DNA of 63,739 bases, filler included, from a bacterium (GTDB lineage: Bacteria > JBDRGX01): NCBI GenBank assembly GCA_043817485.1. It is 7 parts of 7 records of this genome, joined end to end, with 100 filler letters (N's around TTAATTAATTAA, not from the genome) between each part and the next. Parts side by side here need not be neighbours in the genome. Positions count along the whole stretch, not along the records: positions 1 to 7,564 come from JBDRGX010000043.1; positions 7,665 to 17,403 come from JBDRGX010000044.1; 5 more parts are not named here. One strand, 5' to 3'. Positions 1-9,565 of the stretch are shown here, one piece after another. A model generated the notes under the pieces. That model made no database searches. It was not told where the DNA came from and saw only the letters and a list, made by a program, of their open reading frames with translations. Made by a program: the position numbers and the translations under genes. Position 1 is the first letter of the stretch; the number at the start of each line of letters is the position of its first letter.

Positions 1-98
1 TATATTTTTATTTATATATTTATAAAAGATTATTCTTTTACAAAAAATTAACATTTCTATTTAGTAATTATCGTTAACATTTTGATTTAGTAATCACA
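1..98. repeat. 98-bp AT-rich intergenic block, identical to 47897..47994
   Basis: Base-by-base identity of the two segments; contains an internal 21-nt direct repeat (48..68, 74..94). Confidence 0.85.
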
Positions 99-113
99 AT
101 TGATACAAAAAAC

Positions 114-144
114 TTGACAAAAGATTTAGATAAAAATATAAAAT
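114..144 (+). promoter_or_regulatory. Putative sigma70 promoter of tldD-pmbA
   Basis: TTGACA at 114-119 with TATAAA 17 bp downstream; GGAGA RBS before the GTG at 169. Confidence 0.5.
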
Positions 145-168
145 TTAAGAATAAAATGGAGAATCATA

Positions 169-1536
169 GTGAAACAAAAATTACAAAATATAATTAAAAA
201 AAGTAAAGCTGATTTTACAGAAATACGAATAGAAAAAAAAGTTTCTACAAAAATTCAATTTAGGGGAAAACTTTTAGAAATGGCTAATTCAAATCAAGAA
301 GTAGGAGGATTTATTCGCTGTTTAATTTACAATAAAGGCTGGGGAATATCAATTTTTAACTCTATTGATGATATTGAAAAATTTTTACAAAAAGCTTATG
401 AATCTGCTTCTTTAATTAAAACTGAAAAAATTGGATTAGCTCAAATTCCTCCAATTGAAATTGAAATTTTTGCTAATATGCAAGAAGATTTTAGAAAAAT
501 TTCTCTTAAAAGAAAAAAAGAATTAGTAGAAAAATATAACAAAATTATATTAGAAGAAAATGAAAAAATAAAAGATACTTCTGTATTTTATGCAGATGTT
601 TTTACTGAATATTATTATGCTAATTCTGAAGGGACTTATATTAAAGAAGAAAAACCATATATTTGTCTTTCTATGAAATCTTTAGCAAAAGAAAAAGATA
701 ATGTTCAAATAGGAATGGAAAGTATTGCTAAAAAAAAAGGTTTTGAAGCAGTATTAAATTTAGATAATTTAGCTAAAAATGCTGCAAAAAAATCTGTGGA
801 TTTACTTTCTGCTCAAGAGATAAAAGCTGATAAATACACAGTAATTTGCAATCCTAAATTGGCTGGTGTTTTTATTCATGAAGCATTTGGTCATTTAAGT
901 GAAGCAGATCATATTTATGAAAATGAAAAAGCTCGAGAAATGATGGTTTTAGGAAAAAAGTTTGGATCTCCAATTTTAAATGTATTTGACGATGGTAGTA
1001 AAGATGATTTAATTGGTGGATATCAATTTGATCAAGAAGGAGTAAAATCTCAAAAAACTTATCTTATTAACAATGGTATTTTAACAGGAAGGCTTCATTC
1101 AAGAGAAACTGCTTTTAAAATGAATGAAAAACCTACTGGAAATGCTCGTGCTATTTCTTATGCTTTTTCTCCTATTGTAAGAATGACAAATACAGCCATT
1201 GAACAAGGAAAATCTTCTTTTGAAGAAATGATTAAGGATATAAAATTAGGTGTTTATGCTTGTGATTATTTTGGTGGACAAACTATGTTAGAAAAATTTT
1301 CATTTTCATCAGCTTATGCTTATATGATTAGAAATGGAAAAATTGAAGAAATGGTTAAAAATGTAGTTTTATCTGGAAATATTTTTTCGACTCTTTCTAA
1401 TATTGAAAAAATTGGTAATGATTTTAAATGGTTTGAAACTGCTGGAGGATGTGGAAAACAAGATCAATCTCCTTTGCCAACAGTGGAATGTTCTCCACAT
1501 ATTAGAATTAAAGATGTAATTATAGGAGGCAAATAA
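169..1536 (+). CDS. tldD: TldD metalloprotease subunit
   Basis: HEAFGH zinc motif, TGNARA..RMTNT, GGCGK near C-terminus. Confidence 0.92.
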   Translation: MKQKLQNIIKKSKADFTEIRIEKKVSTKIQFRGKLLEMANSNQEVGGFIRCLIYNKGWGISIFNSIDDIEKFLQKAYESASLIKTEKIGLAQIPPIEIEIFANMQEDFRKISLKRKKELVEKYNKIILEENEKIKDTSVFYADVFTEYYYANSEGTYIKEEKPYICLSMKSLAKEKDNVQIGMESIAKKKGFEAVLNLDNLAKNAAKKSVDLLSAQEIKADKYTVICNPKLAGVFIHEAFGHLSEADHIYENEKAREMMVLGKKFGSPILNVFDDGSKDDLIGGYQFDQEGVKSQKTYLINNGILTGRLHSRETAFKMNEKPTGNARAISYAFSPIVRMTNTAIEQGKSSFEEMIKDIKLGVYACDYFGGQTMLEKFSFSSAYAYMIRNGKIEEMVKNVVLSGNIFSTLSNIEKIGNDFKWFETAGGCGKQDQSPLPTVECSPHIRIKDVIIGGK

Positions 1537-2804
1537 TGAAAAATAAAGAAATTTTTAAAATTACATCTTATCAAACAGAAGTTTTATTTCAAGGAAATAA
1601 ACTTAAATCTGCAATAGAAAAAGAAAATAGCAGTATTGCTGTTAGAGTTATAAAAAATAATAAATTAGGATTTGCAAGTGGTATCGGAATAAAAGATGAA
1701 AAAAAAATAATTAAACAAGCTGAAGAAAATTCTCTGTTTGGAGAAATAACACAATTTGATTTTCCTTCTAATAATTCTTTTATCAAATTAAATACTTATG
1801 ATATTGATACAGCAAACTTATCTTTATCTAAAATGACAGAAATTGGTAAAGAAATATTAGAACCAATAAAAGCAAAATATAATAAATCAAACATTAATAT
1901 AAAAATAAACAAAGCAATTTGTTTATCAGAAATTACAAATACTTCTAAATTAAAAGCATCAAGTAAAAATACTTTTTTTACAGCTGTTTGTGAATTAGAA
2001 AAAATGGAGCAAAATGATATTTTATTAGTTTATGATTATATAGTCGATTATAAAGAAAAAAATGAACATAAAAAAATTGCAAAAGAAATTTTTCGTAAAT
2101 TACAATTATCTGAAAAAATAGTTAAACTTTCTTGTAAAAATATTCCCGTGATTTTTACTCCAGAAGCTGTTTCTATTTTAACTTTACCTTTATTGCAAGG
2201 ATTAAATGGAAAAGCAATAGCACAAAAAATTTCTCCAATGTTTGATAAATTAGGTAAAAAAATATTTGATGAAAAATTAAGTTTATGTGACAATCCTCAT
2301 ATAGATAAAAAACCTGCAAGTATGGGTTTTGATGATGAAGGTGTTCCTACAAAAAAAAATATTTTAATTGAAAAAGGAAAAATTAAAAACTTTTATTTTG
2401 ATTTAAAAACAGCAGCATTTTGTAAAGAAAAAAGTACGGGAAATGGGAAAAGAAGTTCTATTACTTCTATTCCGTCTCCAGAAATTCACAATCTTATTTT
2501 TAAATCTGGAAATAATTCTTTAAAAGAAATGATTGGATCTATAAAAAATGGGTTAATTGTAGATACAGTATTGGGATTAGGACAAGGAAATACTATTAGT
2601 GGGGCATTTTCTACTCCTTTAGATTTGGGATTTAAAATTGAAAATGGTGAAATAATTGGTCGTGTAAAAGAAGTTTTTATATCTGGAAATATTTATGATT
2701 TATTAAAAAATATTTTTTGCATAAGCAAAGAAAAAAAATGGGTAAATGGTAATTGTTTGTTTCCTTATGTATTGTTAGAAAATGTTTCTGTAATCGAAAA
2801 ATAA
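1536..2804 (+). CDS. pmbA: PmbA/TldE family protein
   Basis: FDDEG, STGNG, GNTISGAFS motifs; no HExxH; coupled to tldD. Confidence 0.88.
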   Translation: MKNKEIFKITSYQTEVLFQGNKLKSAIEKENSSIAVRVIKNNKLGFASGIGIKDEKKIIKQAEENSLFGEITQFDFPSNNSFIKLNTYDIDTANLSLSKMTEIGKEILEPIKAKYNKSNINIKINKAICLSEITNTSKLKASSKNTFFTAVCELEKMEQNDILLVYDYIVDYKEKNEHKKIAKEIFRKLQLSEKIVKLSCKNIPVIFTPEAVSILTLPLLQGLNGKAIAQKISPMFDKLGKKIFDEKLSLCDNPHIDKKPASMGFDDEGVPTKKNILIEKGKIKNFYFDLKTAAFCKEKSTGNGKRSSITSIPSPEIHNLIFKSGNNSLKEMIGSIKNGLIVDTVLGLGQGNTISGAFSTPLDLGFKIENGEIIGRVKEVFISGNIYDLLKNIFCISKEKKWVNGNCLFPYVLLENVSVIEK

Positions 2805-2817
2805 TATAATACAAAAA

Positions 2818-2990
2818 AGAGAATTCAGGAGTCAGAATCCAGAATTCAGAATAATTCAAAGATAAATACAATATATAATTAAAAATTAGAAATTATGAAT
2901 TAAAAATGAGGGAAAAAGAAATAGAATTTAGGAGTCAAAATGAAGAAAAGATAATACAATATAAAGAAAGAATACAGAATTCAGAATAAA
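2818..2990 (+). repeat. Short tandem heptamer-like repeats (CAGAATT/CAGGAGT units)
   Basis: gaattcaggagtcagaatccagaattcagaa and related runs; similar runs near 3602 and inverted near 16279-16307. Confidence 0.55.
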
Positions 2991-3138
2991 GCAAGTATTT
3001 TCATTTTAATTTTTGTATTTTGACTTTTTGCTTGAGCATAAGCTTTGATGACAACTTAATATAACATATTTTTATTGATAGAATTAAATCTTTATGTCAA
3101 TTAAATTAAGTTATTGTATATAACATTTTGCTTTATTA

Positions 3139-3491
3139 TTGTCATCTCGACCGAAGGGAGAGATCTCATGGCCAAAGAACATCATTATTATGTATACCTG
3201 TTGACAAACAAAAGCAACAAAGTTATGTATATTGGCATAACCAATAATCTTCAGCAACGAGTGTATGAGCACAAAATGAAAATGGGTTTAGGTTTTACGG
3301 AAAAGTACAATGTAAATAAACTGGTTTATTTTGAAGAGACGACTGATGTCTATTCTGCAATAGCAAGGGAGAAGGAACTCAAAAAATGGCGTCGAGAGAA
3401 AAAAAATAATCTGGTTATTGCTGTCAATTCTAAGTGGAAGGATCTAAATGAAGAGGTATTTTGAGATCTCTCTCTTCGGTCGAGATGACAA
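3139..3491 (+). mobile_element. Inverted-repeat-bracketed GIY-YIG nuclease cassette
   Basis: 30-bp inverted repeats 3139..3168 and 3462..3491 (1 mismatch) enclosing one ORF; visibly more GC-rich than host genes. Confidence 0.7.
3168..3464 (+). CDS. GIY-YIG nuclease (YhbQ/UPF0213-like)
   Basis: YYVYLL..MYIGIT..RVYEH..AREKELKKWRR motifs; ATG at 3168 follows a GGGAG RBS (ORF-track start 3114 probably too far upstream). Confidence 0.9.
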   Translation: MAKEHHYYVYLLTNKSNKVMYIGITNNLQQRVYEHKMKMGLGFTEKYNVNKLVYFEETTDVYSAIAREKELKKWRREKKNNLVIAVNSKWKDLNEEVF

Positions 3492-3800
3492 GAGAGATGA
3501 TGGTCAAAATGCCAGTTTATATTGAATTACTATATTAATGACAAAAAATAGTTGTTTATATATAATTAAGAATTAAAAATGAAGGAAGAATATAATAAAA
3601 GACAGAATTCAGAATATAGAATGAAATTTTGATAGAAAAATTCCACCCTCTGTCCTAATGGACAACCATGCCAGCAGGGGACATTAGGAGTATTGAAAAA
3701 TTTTATATTTTCAATCCAAAATCTAAATTCTAAAATTGAAAAAGCCGTAATAAAATCAACACAGTTAGTGTTTGAATACAATTTGGGAAAGAGGCATATT

Positions 3801-4268
3801 TTGAAAATAGGAATAGGTTATGATATTCATTGTTTAAAAAAAAATAGAAAATTAATTTTAGGTGGCGTTGAAATTCCTTATCTTTTTGGATTGTTTGGAC
3901 ATTCTGATGCTGATGTTTTACTTCATGCTATTTGTGATGCTATATTAGGTGCTTGTGGACAAGGTGATATTGGAATACATTTTCCTAATACAAATCCAGA
4001 ATATAAAAATATTTCAAGTTTAATTTTGTTAAAAAAAGTAAATGAACTTCTAAAAAAAAGAAAATTAAAAATCAATAATATTGATACTACAATTTTAGCA
4101 GAAGAACCAAAATTAAGTCCTTATTATGAAGAAATGAAAAAAAATATTGCTAAAACATTAAACACAATATCAAAAAACATAAATATAAAATCTACTACTA
4201 TGGAAAAATTAGGATCTATTGGTAAAAAAAAAGCTATAGCTGCTTATGCTATTGTAAGTATAAAATAA
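3801..4268 (+). CDS. ispF: 2-C-methyl-D-erythritol 2,4-cyclodiphosphate synthase
   Basis: IGIGYDIH, GHSDADVLLHAICDAILGA, GDIG; probable TTG start at 3801 after GAGG. Confidence 0.93.
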   Translation: MKIGIGYDIHCLKKNRKLILGGVEIPYLFGLFGHSDADVLLHAICDAILGACGQGDIGIHFPNTNPEYKNISSLILLKKVNELLKKRKLKINNIDTTILAEEPKLSPYYEEMKKNIAKTLNTISKNINIKSTTMEKLGSIGKKKAIAAYAIVSIK

Positions 4269-4278
4269 AAGGAAAGAA

Positions 4279-4953
4279 ATGAAAAAATATATTTTAATTA
4301 TGATATTTGTTTTTACTTTTTGTTTTCAAAGTTTTGCTGAGTTTAAAAATCCTTCAAATATAGGAACTGATGGTTTTTCATTAGGTATAAATATAATTGT
4401 TCCTTTTGTTGTAGGACATGGATTAGGGATAAAAGAAATACTTTTGCAAAATTCATTTCTTGAACTTTTACCTTTTGTTTCATTAGAAATAAAAAAAGCT
4501 TTAGGAGCAAATGCTGTTTTTGGATGTGAAGTATTTCCAATAGGAATTTCTCTTTTTACTCAATTTAGAATTTTAGATGAAAAAAGTATTTTTCCAATAT
4601 CTGGCTATACTAAATTTTCTTTTAACAAAGAAGGAGATTTAAGTATAATGTTTTATGGATTATTCGATAAATTTATTGGTGAGGAAAAAAAATATAGAAT
4701 ATATTTAGGTCCTGGTTTTGGCATTAGTACAGGGAAAAATATTTTATCTCAAAATACTGTAATAATGTTAGGAAATATAAAAAGCATTGTTTGTGGAATT
4801 GAATCTACTTCTAAATTAGGGAAAAATAATAAATTAATTGGTGAATTAAATTATAGAATGGTTAAATTTGCAAATTTTCAAGAAAAACAAAAAACATTTC
4901 CTTTTGTTTTCATAGGAACAAATTTTTATAATTATAATAAATATGATAAATAA
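4279..4953 (+). CDS. Hypothetical exported protein, possibly outer-membrane beta-rich
   Basis: Signal-peptide-like N-terminus, alternating hydrophobic strands. Confidence 0.55.
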   Translation: MKKYILIMIFVFTFCFQSFAEFKNPSNIGTDGFSLGINIIVPFVVGHGLGIKEILLQNSFLELLPFVSLEIKKALGANAVFGCEVFPIGISLFTQFRILDEKSIFPISGYTKFSFNKEGDLSIMFYGLFDKFIGEEKKYRIYLGPGFGISTGKNILSQNTVIMLGNIKSIVCGIESTSKLGKNNKLIGELNYRMVKFANFQEKQKTFPFVFIGTNFYNYNKYDK

Positions 4954-6055
4954 AAACATTTCTAAATCTATATTTTTTATGGAAAAAGCGTATAAATTAG
5001 CAAAGTTAGGCATAGGAAAAACTAATCCTAATCCTTTAGTCGGTGCTATTATTGTTAAAAATGATACCATTGTTGGGCAAGGATATCATAAATGTGCAGG
5101 AGATGCTCATGCAGAAATATATGCTTTAAACCAAGCAGGAAAAAAAGCTAAAAATGCTGATTTATATGTAACATTAGAACCTTGTTCTCATTATGGAAAA
5201 ACTCCACCATGTACTGAAGCAATAATTAAAGCAGGTATTAAAAAAGTTTTTATTGGAATAAAAGATTCTAATCCTTTAGTCAATGGGAAAGGAATTAAAA
5301 TTTTAAAAAATGCTAATATAGAAGTAAAAATTGGTATTTTAGAAGAAAAAATAAAAGAAATGAACCAATTTTATGCAAAATATATTACTCAAAAAATTCC
5401 TTATGTTATTTTGAAAGTAGCTACAAGTTTAGATGGAAAAATTTGTACAGAGACTGGTGATTCAAAATATATTACTAATGAAATTTCTCGAAATTATGTA
5501 CATAAATTACGTAGTCAAATAGACGCTATTATTGTAGGAATAGAAACTATTAAAAAAGATAATTCTAAACTTACTTGTAGATTAAAAAAAGGGGGAAATC
5601 CTATAAGAATAATTTTAGATACAAAAGGAAAAATTCCTTTAAACTCCAATGTTATTACTCAAAATTTTGATAAAAAAACTTATGTTGCTCTTACTGATTT
5701 AGCTTCTTTTGAAACAATAAAAAAATTAGAACAAAAAGATATAAAAATTCTTAAAATAAAAACAAAAAATGGACAAATAGATTTGAATGATTTGTTGAAA
5801 AAATTGTGGGAAATGAAAATATCTAATGTTTTAGTAGAAGGTGGAGAAAAAGTTTTTACTTCTTTTTTAGAAAATAAATTAGTTGATAAAATTATGGTAT
5901 TTATTGCTCCAATGCTAATAGGAGGAAAATCTAAAACTTTTTTTTCATCTCAAAAAATAAAAAAAATAACTGAAAGTATAAAACTTACAAAAACTTCTTT
6001 TAAAAAATTTAGAGAGGATATTTTAATAAATAATTATGTTTACTGGTATAATTGA
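4943..6055 (+). CDS. ribD: Bifunctional riboflavin biosynthesis deaminase/reductase
   Basis: PNPLVGA, HAE, TLEPCSHYGKTPPC, SLDGK, VEGG. Confidence 0.95.
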   Translation: MINKNISKSIFFMEKAYKLAKLGIGKTNPNPLVGAIIVKNDTIVGQGYHKCAGDAHAEIYALNQAGKKAKNADLYVTLEPCSHYGKTPPCTEAIIKAGIKKVFIGIKDSNPLVNGKGIKILKNANIEVKIGILEEKIKEMNQFYAKYITQKIPYVILKVATSLDGKICTETGDSKYITNEISRNYVHKLRSQIDAIIVGIETIKKDNSKLTCRLKKGGNPIRIILDTKGKIPLNSNVITQNFDKKTYVALTDLASFETIKKLEQKDIKILKIKTKNGQIDLNDLLKKLWEMKISNVLVEGGEKVFTSFLENKLVDKIMVFIAPMLIGGKSKTFFSSQKIKKITESIKLTKTSFKKFREDILINNYVYWYN

Positions 6056-6626
6056 AGAAATAGGCATTATTGAAAAATTAGAAAGAAAAAACAATTTAAT
6101 TACCATAAAAATTGAAGCAAAAAAAATCACACAAGAATTAAATATAAGTGATAGTATTGCTATAGATGGTATTTGCTTAACTTGTGTTAATTATTATGAT
6201 AAAAAAAATTTTACTGTTAATGTAATGGAACAAACTTTTAAAAAAACTACTTTATTATCTAAAAAAATTGGAGATAAAGTTAATTTAGAAAAAGCATTGA
6301 AATTAAATGGAAGGTTAAATGGACATATTGTTACTGGACATATTAGTGGAATTGGAAAAATAGTAAAATTGATAAAATCTAATGAAACTGGAAAAATAGA
6401 AATTTTGGTAGATAAAAATTTATCTAAATACATTGTTTTCGAAGGTTCTATTGCTATTGATGGGATTAGTTTAACTATCGGAGAAATAAAAAGCAATATT
6501 TTTTCTATATATTTAATTCCGCATACATTAGAAAATACAACTTTATTATCTAAAAAAATTGGGGAAATGCTAAATATTGAAGTAGATATTCTTGCAAAAT
6601 ATTTAGAGAAATTAATAATTAAATAA
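6036..6626 (+). CDS. ribE: Riboflavin synthase alpha chain
   Basis: MFTGII N-terminus, SIAIDGICLT, GHIVTGH, duplicated domain. Confidence 0.95.
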   Translation: MFTGIIEEIGIIEKLERKNNLITIKIEAKKITQELNISDSIAIDGICLTCVNYYDKKNFTVNVMEQTFKKTTLLSKKIGDKVNLEKALKLNGRLNGHIVTGHISGIGKIVKLIKSNETGKIEILVDKNLSKYIVFEGSIAIDGISLTIGEIKSNIFSIYLIPHTLENTTLLSKKIGEMLNIEVDILAKYLEKLIIK

Positions 6627-6645
6627 ATTTACCAATTAGGAAAAA

Positions 6646-7488
6646 ATGAAATTAATAAAATCTATTAATTTAATGCAAAGAGTTATAAAGGATTTAAAAA
6701 AGCAATATACTATTGGATTTGTGCCTACTATGGGATTTTTACATGAAGGACATATTTCTTTAATTAAATCTGCTCGAAAAGAAACAGAAAAAGTTATTGT
6801 AAGCATTTTTATTAACCCTATTCAATTTAACGATAAAAAAGATTTCAACAAATATCCAAAAAATATTCAAAAAGATATAAAAATTCTTGAACAAGAAAAT
6901 GTTGATTATGTTTTTTTACCTCAATCTACAAAAATATATCCACAAAATTTTTGTACTTATATTAACATTGAAAATTTATTTTCTAAATTATGTGGGAAAT
7001 CAAGGCAAGGTCATTTTCAAGGGGTTGCAACAATAGTTTTAAAATTATTTAATATTATTCATCCTAATATTGCTTATTTTGGACAAAAAGATGCTCAACA
7101 AACTATAATTATTAAAAAAATGGTAAAAGATTTGAATGTTGATGTAAAAATAAAAATACTTTCTACTATAAGAGAAAATAGTGGATTAGCTTTAAGTTCT
7201 CGAAATACTCATCTTTCTAATTTAGAAAAACAACAAGCTTTATGTTTATATCAATCTTTAAAAAAAGCAAAAGATTTAATGAAAAAAGGAATAAGAAAAT
7301 CTAATATAATTAAAGATGAAATGCAAAAAATTATTTCTCAATTTAAAAATGCAAAAATTGATTATATTGCTATTGTTAATTCTCAAAATTTAGAAGATGT
7401 AGATTTTGTTCAAAACAAGGATTTGATTGCTTTAGCAGTAAAAATAGGGAATACAAGATTGATTGATAATATAATATGTAATTTTTAA
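6646..7488 (+). CDS. panC: Pantoate--beta-alanine ligase
   Basis: GFVPTMGFLHEGH, FGQKDAQQ, GLALSSRN, TRLIDN. Confidence 0.96.
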   Translation: MKLIKSINLMQRVIKDLKKQYTIGFVPTMGFLHEGHISLIKSARKETEKVIVSIFINPIQFNDKKDFNKYPKNIQKDIKILEQENVDYVFLPQSTKIYPQNFCTYINIENLFSKLCGKSRQGHFQGVATIVLKLFNIIHPNIAYFGQKDAQQTIIIKKMVKDLNVDVKIKILSTIRENSGLALSSRNTHLSNLEKQQALCLYQSLKKAKDLMKKGIRKSNIIKDEMQKIISQFKNAKIDYIAIVNSQNLEDVDFVQNKDLIALAVKIGNTRLIDNIICNF

Positions 7489-7664
7489 ATGTAAAATATT
7501 CAAAAATTACATTAAGCATTTAACAAAATTTTTTATAAAAAATATATTTTAAAATTATTTATTGNNNNNNNNNNNNNNNNNNNNNNNNNNNNNNNNNNNN
7601 NNNNNNNNTTAATTAATTAANNNNNNNNNNNNNNNNNNNNNNNNNNNNNNNNNNNNNNNNNNNN

Positions 7665-7777
7665 GTGTCATAACTCTAAATCTAGACATCCACACCACAA
7701 CATATTGTGGTTTTGTGGAAACCTACCACTTTATGTTGTAAAACAATTGCCGTGAAATTGAATTATGACACAGTCTC
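7665..7777. mobile_element. MITE-like element, copy A (left 6 bp cut by contig end), with two NrdR-box-like sites
   Basis: Ends gtgtcataa / ttatgacacagtctc are inverted repeats; internal ccacaacatattgtgg (7695) and ccactttatgttgtaa (7726). Confidence 0.7.
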
Positions 7778-7792
7778 ATGAATTGCCCCTAC
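7778..7792. repeat. Right half of a GTAG-type REP palindrome
   Basis: atgaattgcccctac is the right arm of gtaggggcaattcatgaattgcccctac. Confidence 0.65.
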
Positions 7793-7802
7793 AAAATTAT
7801 TT

Positions 7803-9230
7803 TTACTTCAACATCAACATTTTTTTACAATTTTGTGTTTTGTTATCAACAATTGTTTCATAAAAATACATTCCTGATGAAACTTCTTTTCCTAAATTAT
7901 CTCTTCCATCCTAATATACTGAATTATTTGAATTATTTGTAATTACTTCTCTAACTACTTGACCAAGGATATTGTATATTTTTACTTTAACATTTGAGGT
8001 TTGATTTTTGTTGTTTGAAATTTCTATTGGAATATAACATTCGGGATTAAATGGATTTGGATAATTTTTAATTTTAGATAAATTCAAAGAATCTTTATTA
8101 TAATTTAAAGAAGTGTCTTCTACTGTTAATTTAATAGAATTTAATATAGCACCCTTAGGATAACTCGGAACATATTCTGGAGGATAATGAGGATTACTAT
8201 AGTTAGAGGTATGATCATTAAAAGCAACTAATCTAAATTCTATTGTTTTGCCATCTACTTCTGCTTCTATAAAGCACTGTTCGCCTTCTCCCCAAACATC
8301 ATTTTCTTGAAGACCTAATCTATATCTTTGTTCAGGGTTATTATATGATTCAAGAAAGTTACTACTGTATGTCCAAGTTCCATTTGCACCACCTGAAGGT
8401 ACTTCTATAAAATACATACCATGTCTTAATGTTCTATAATATATATGATCATGCCCATGTAACCAAGTAATAGTAAAATATTTTTTATTGGGATATTTAT
8501 TTGCAAAATAATCATACATCTTCTTTAATTTTTGAATACTATTATCACTATATCGATGACAAGGAGCATAAGCACTTACATGCTGAAAAAGAACAATGTG
8601 ATCTATTTTCCCAATAGCACTATTAAAAAGATCATCTAAATAATTTTGTAATTCTGTCATTCTATTATTATTTATAGGATCATCCCAAATATATTGACCA
8701 TTTTTATAAATAAATTGGCTGGCATTTATACTAATAAACCTAACATTTCCAAAATCAAAATAATAATCCATATTTTCTTTAGTTTGTCCAGGAAATCCTG
8801 ATGCTTTTAAATATTTATCAAAATCTTCATCATTACTACTATCACGATGAACGTCATGATTTCCAGGACTAATAAAGTGAGCAATTTGTGAACGATTCGT
8901 TCCCCATAATTCTTCAAACTTAGCCCAGTCTTTTACATCTGTTCCAGCACCATACCAACTAATTACATCACCATTATTTAGTAATAATTGAATATTTCTT
9001 TCTAATAAAGTAGATTGAAATATATTTGTTTTTTCAAGATATTCAGCTGTTACTGTTGATGCTGTATGAATGTCTGCTGTAGCTCCAAATTTCCATTTTC
9101 CCGTAGGAGAAGGTTTTTGGGATAAAATATCCATAGGATTATATCCAAAAACATTGGTAGCAATAAAAACCAACAGAAAAATTAAAACTCTTTTATATAT
9201 CTTTATATACTTTTTGTTAATTTTTTTCAT
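7803..9230 (-). pseudogene. Secreted calcineurin-like metallophosphoesterase with FlgD-Ig/T9SS-type tail, interrupted by in-frame TAG at 7911-7913
   Basis: ADIH, GDV, PGNHD, HGHDH motifs; NYPNPFNP; the frame continues past TAG as DGRDNLGKEVSSGMYFY..MLMLK, matching the paralog at 42155. Confidence 0.8.
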
Positions 9231-9286
9231 AAATTCCTCCTTATTTTAAGAAAAAAAAGACCATCTACTTTTTTATACAAAATTTG

Positions 9287-9565
9287 TCAATATTTAATTT
9301 CAAAATTAGTAAATTCATCAATATATTTTTCATAAATAATTTTTACATTTTTGACTTTTGCTTCAGAAGGTCCTTTATTTGCCCATTTAATTAAACAAGC
9401 AATATTTTGTTCTTCACCTTCTAATACTGCTTCTACTTGTCCATTAGAAAGATTTTTAACCCAACCTTTTACTTCAAATTTTAAAGCTTCTTTTTGCATA
9501 CAATATCTAAAAAAAACTCCTTGAACATATCCCAAAATATATAAATGTGCTCTTATTTTTGTAAT
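9287..9565 (-). CDS. acyP: Acylphosphatase (start codon uncertain, possibly ATT at 9565)
   Basis: RAHLYILGYVQGVFFR, GWVKN, GQVEAVLEG, GPSEAKV. Confidence 0.88.
   Translation of the reverse strand: MTKIRAHLYILGYVQGVFFRYCMQKEALKFEVKGWVKNLSNGQVEAVLEGEEQNIACLIKWANKGPSEAKVKNVKIIYEKYIDEFTNFEIKY

Noticed and set aside
3693-3800. N-terminal extension of IspF in the ORF track (similarly GIY-YIG 3114, glyQ 33682, murG 16139)
   Set aside because: Longest-ORF artefact; downstream starts match family N-termini
7565-7664. N-runs with central TTAATTAATTAA (also 17404, 25413, 43486, 47757, 52967)
   Set aside because: Identical 100-nt artificial contig linkers with six-frame stops; not biological, and no synteny is implied across them
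7911-7913. Genome-wide TAG reassignment
   Set aside because: TAG terminates other genes at expected positions (41417 coupled to kdsB, 50647)
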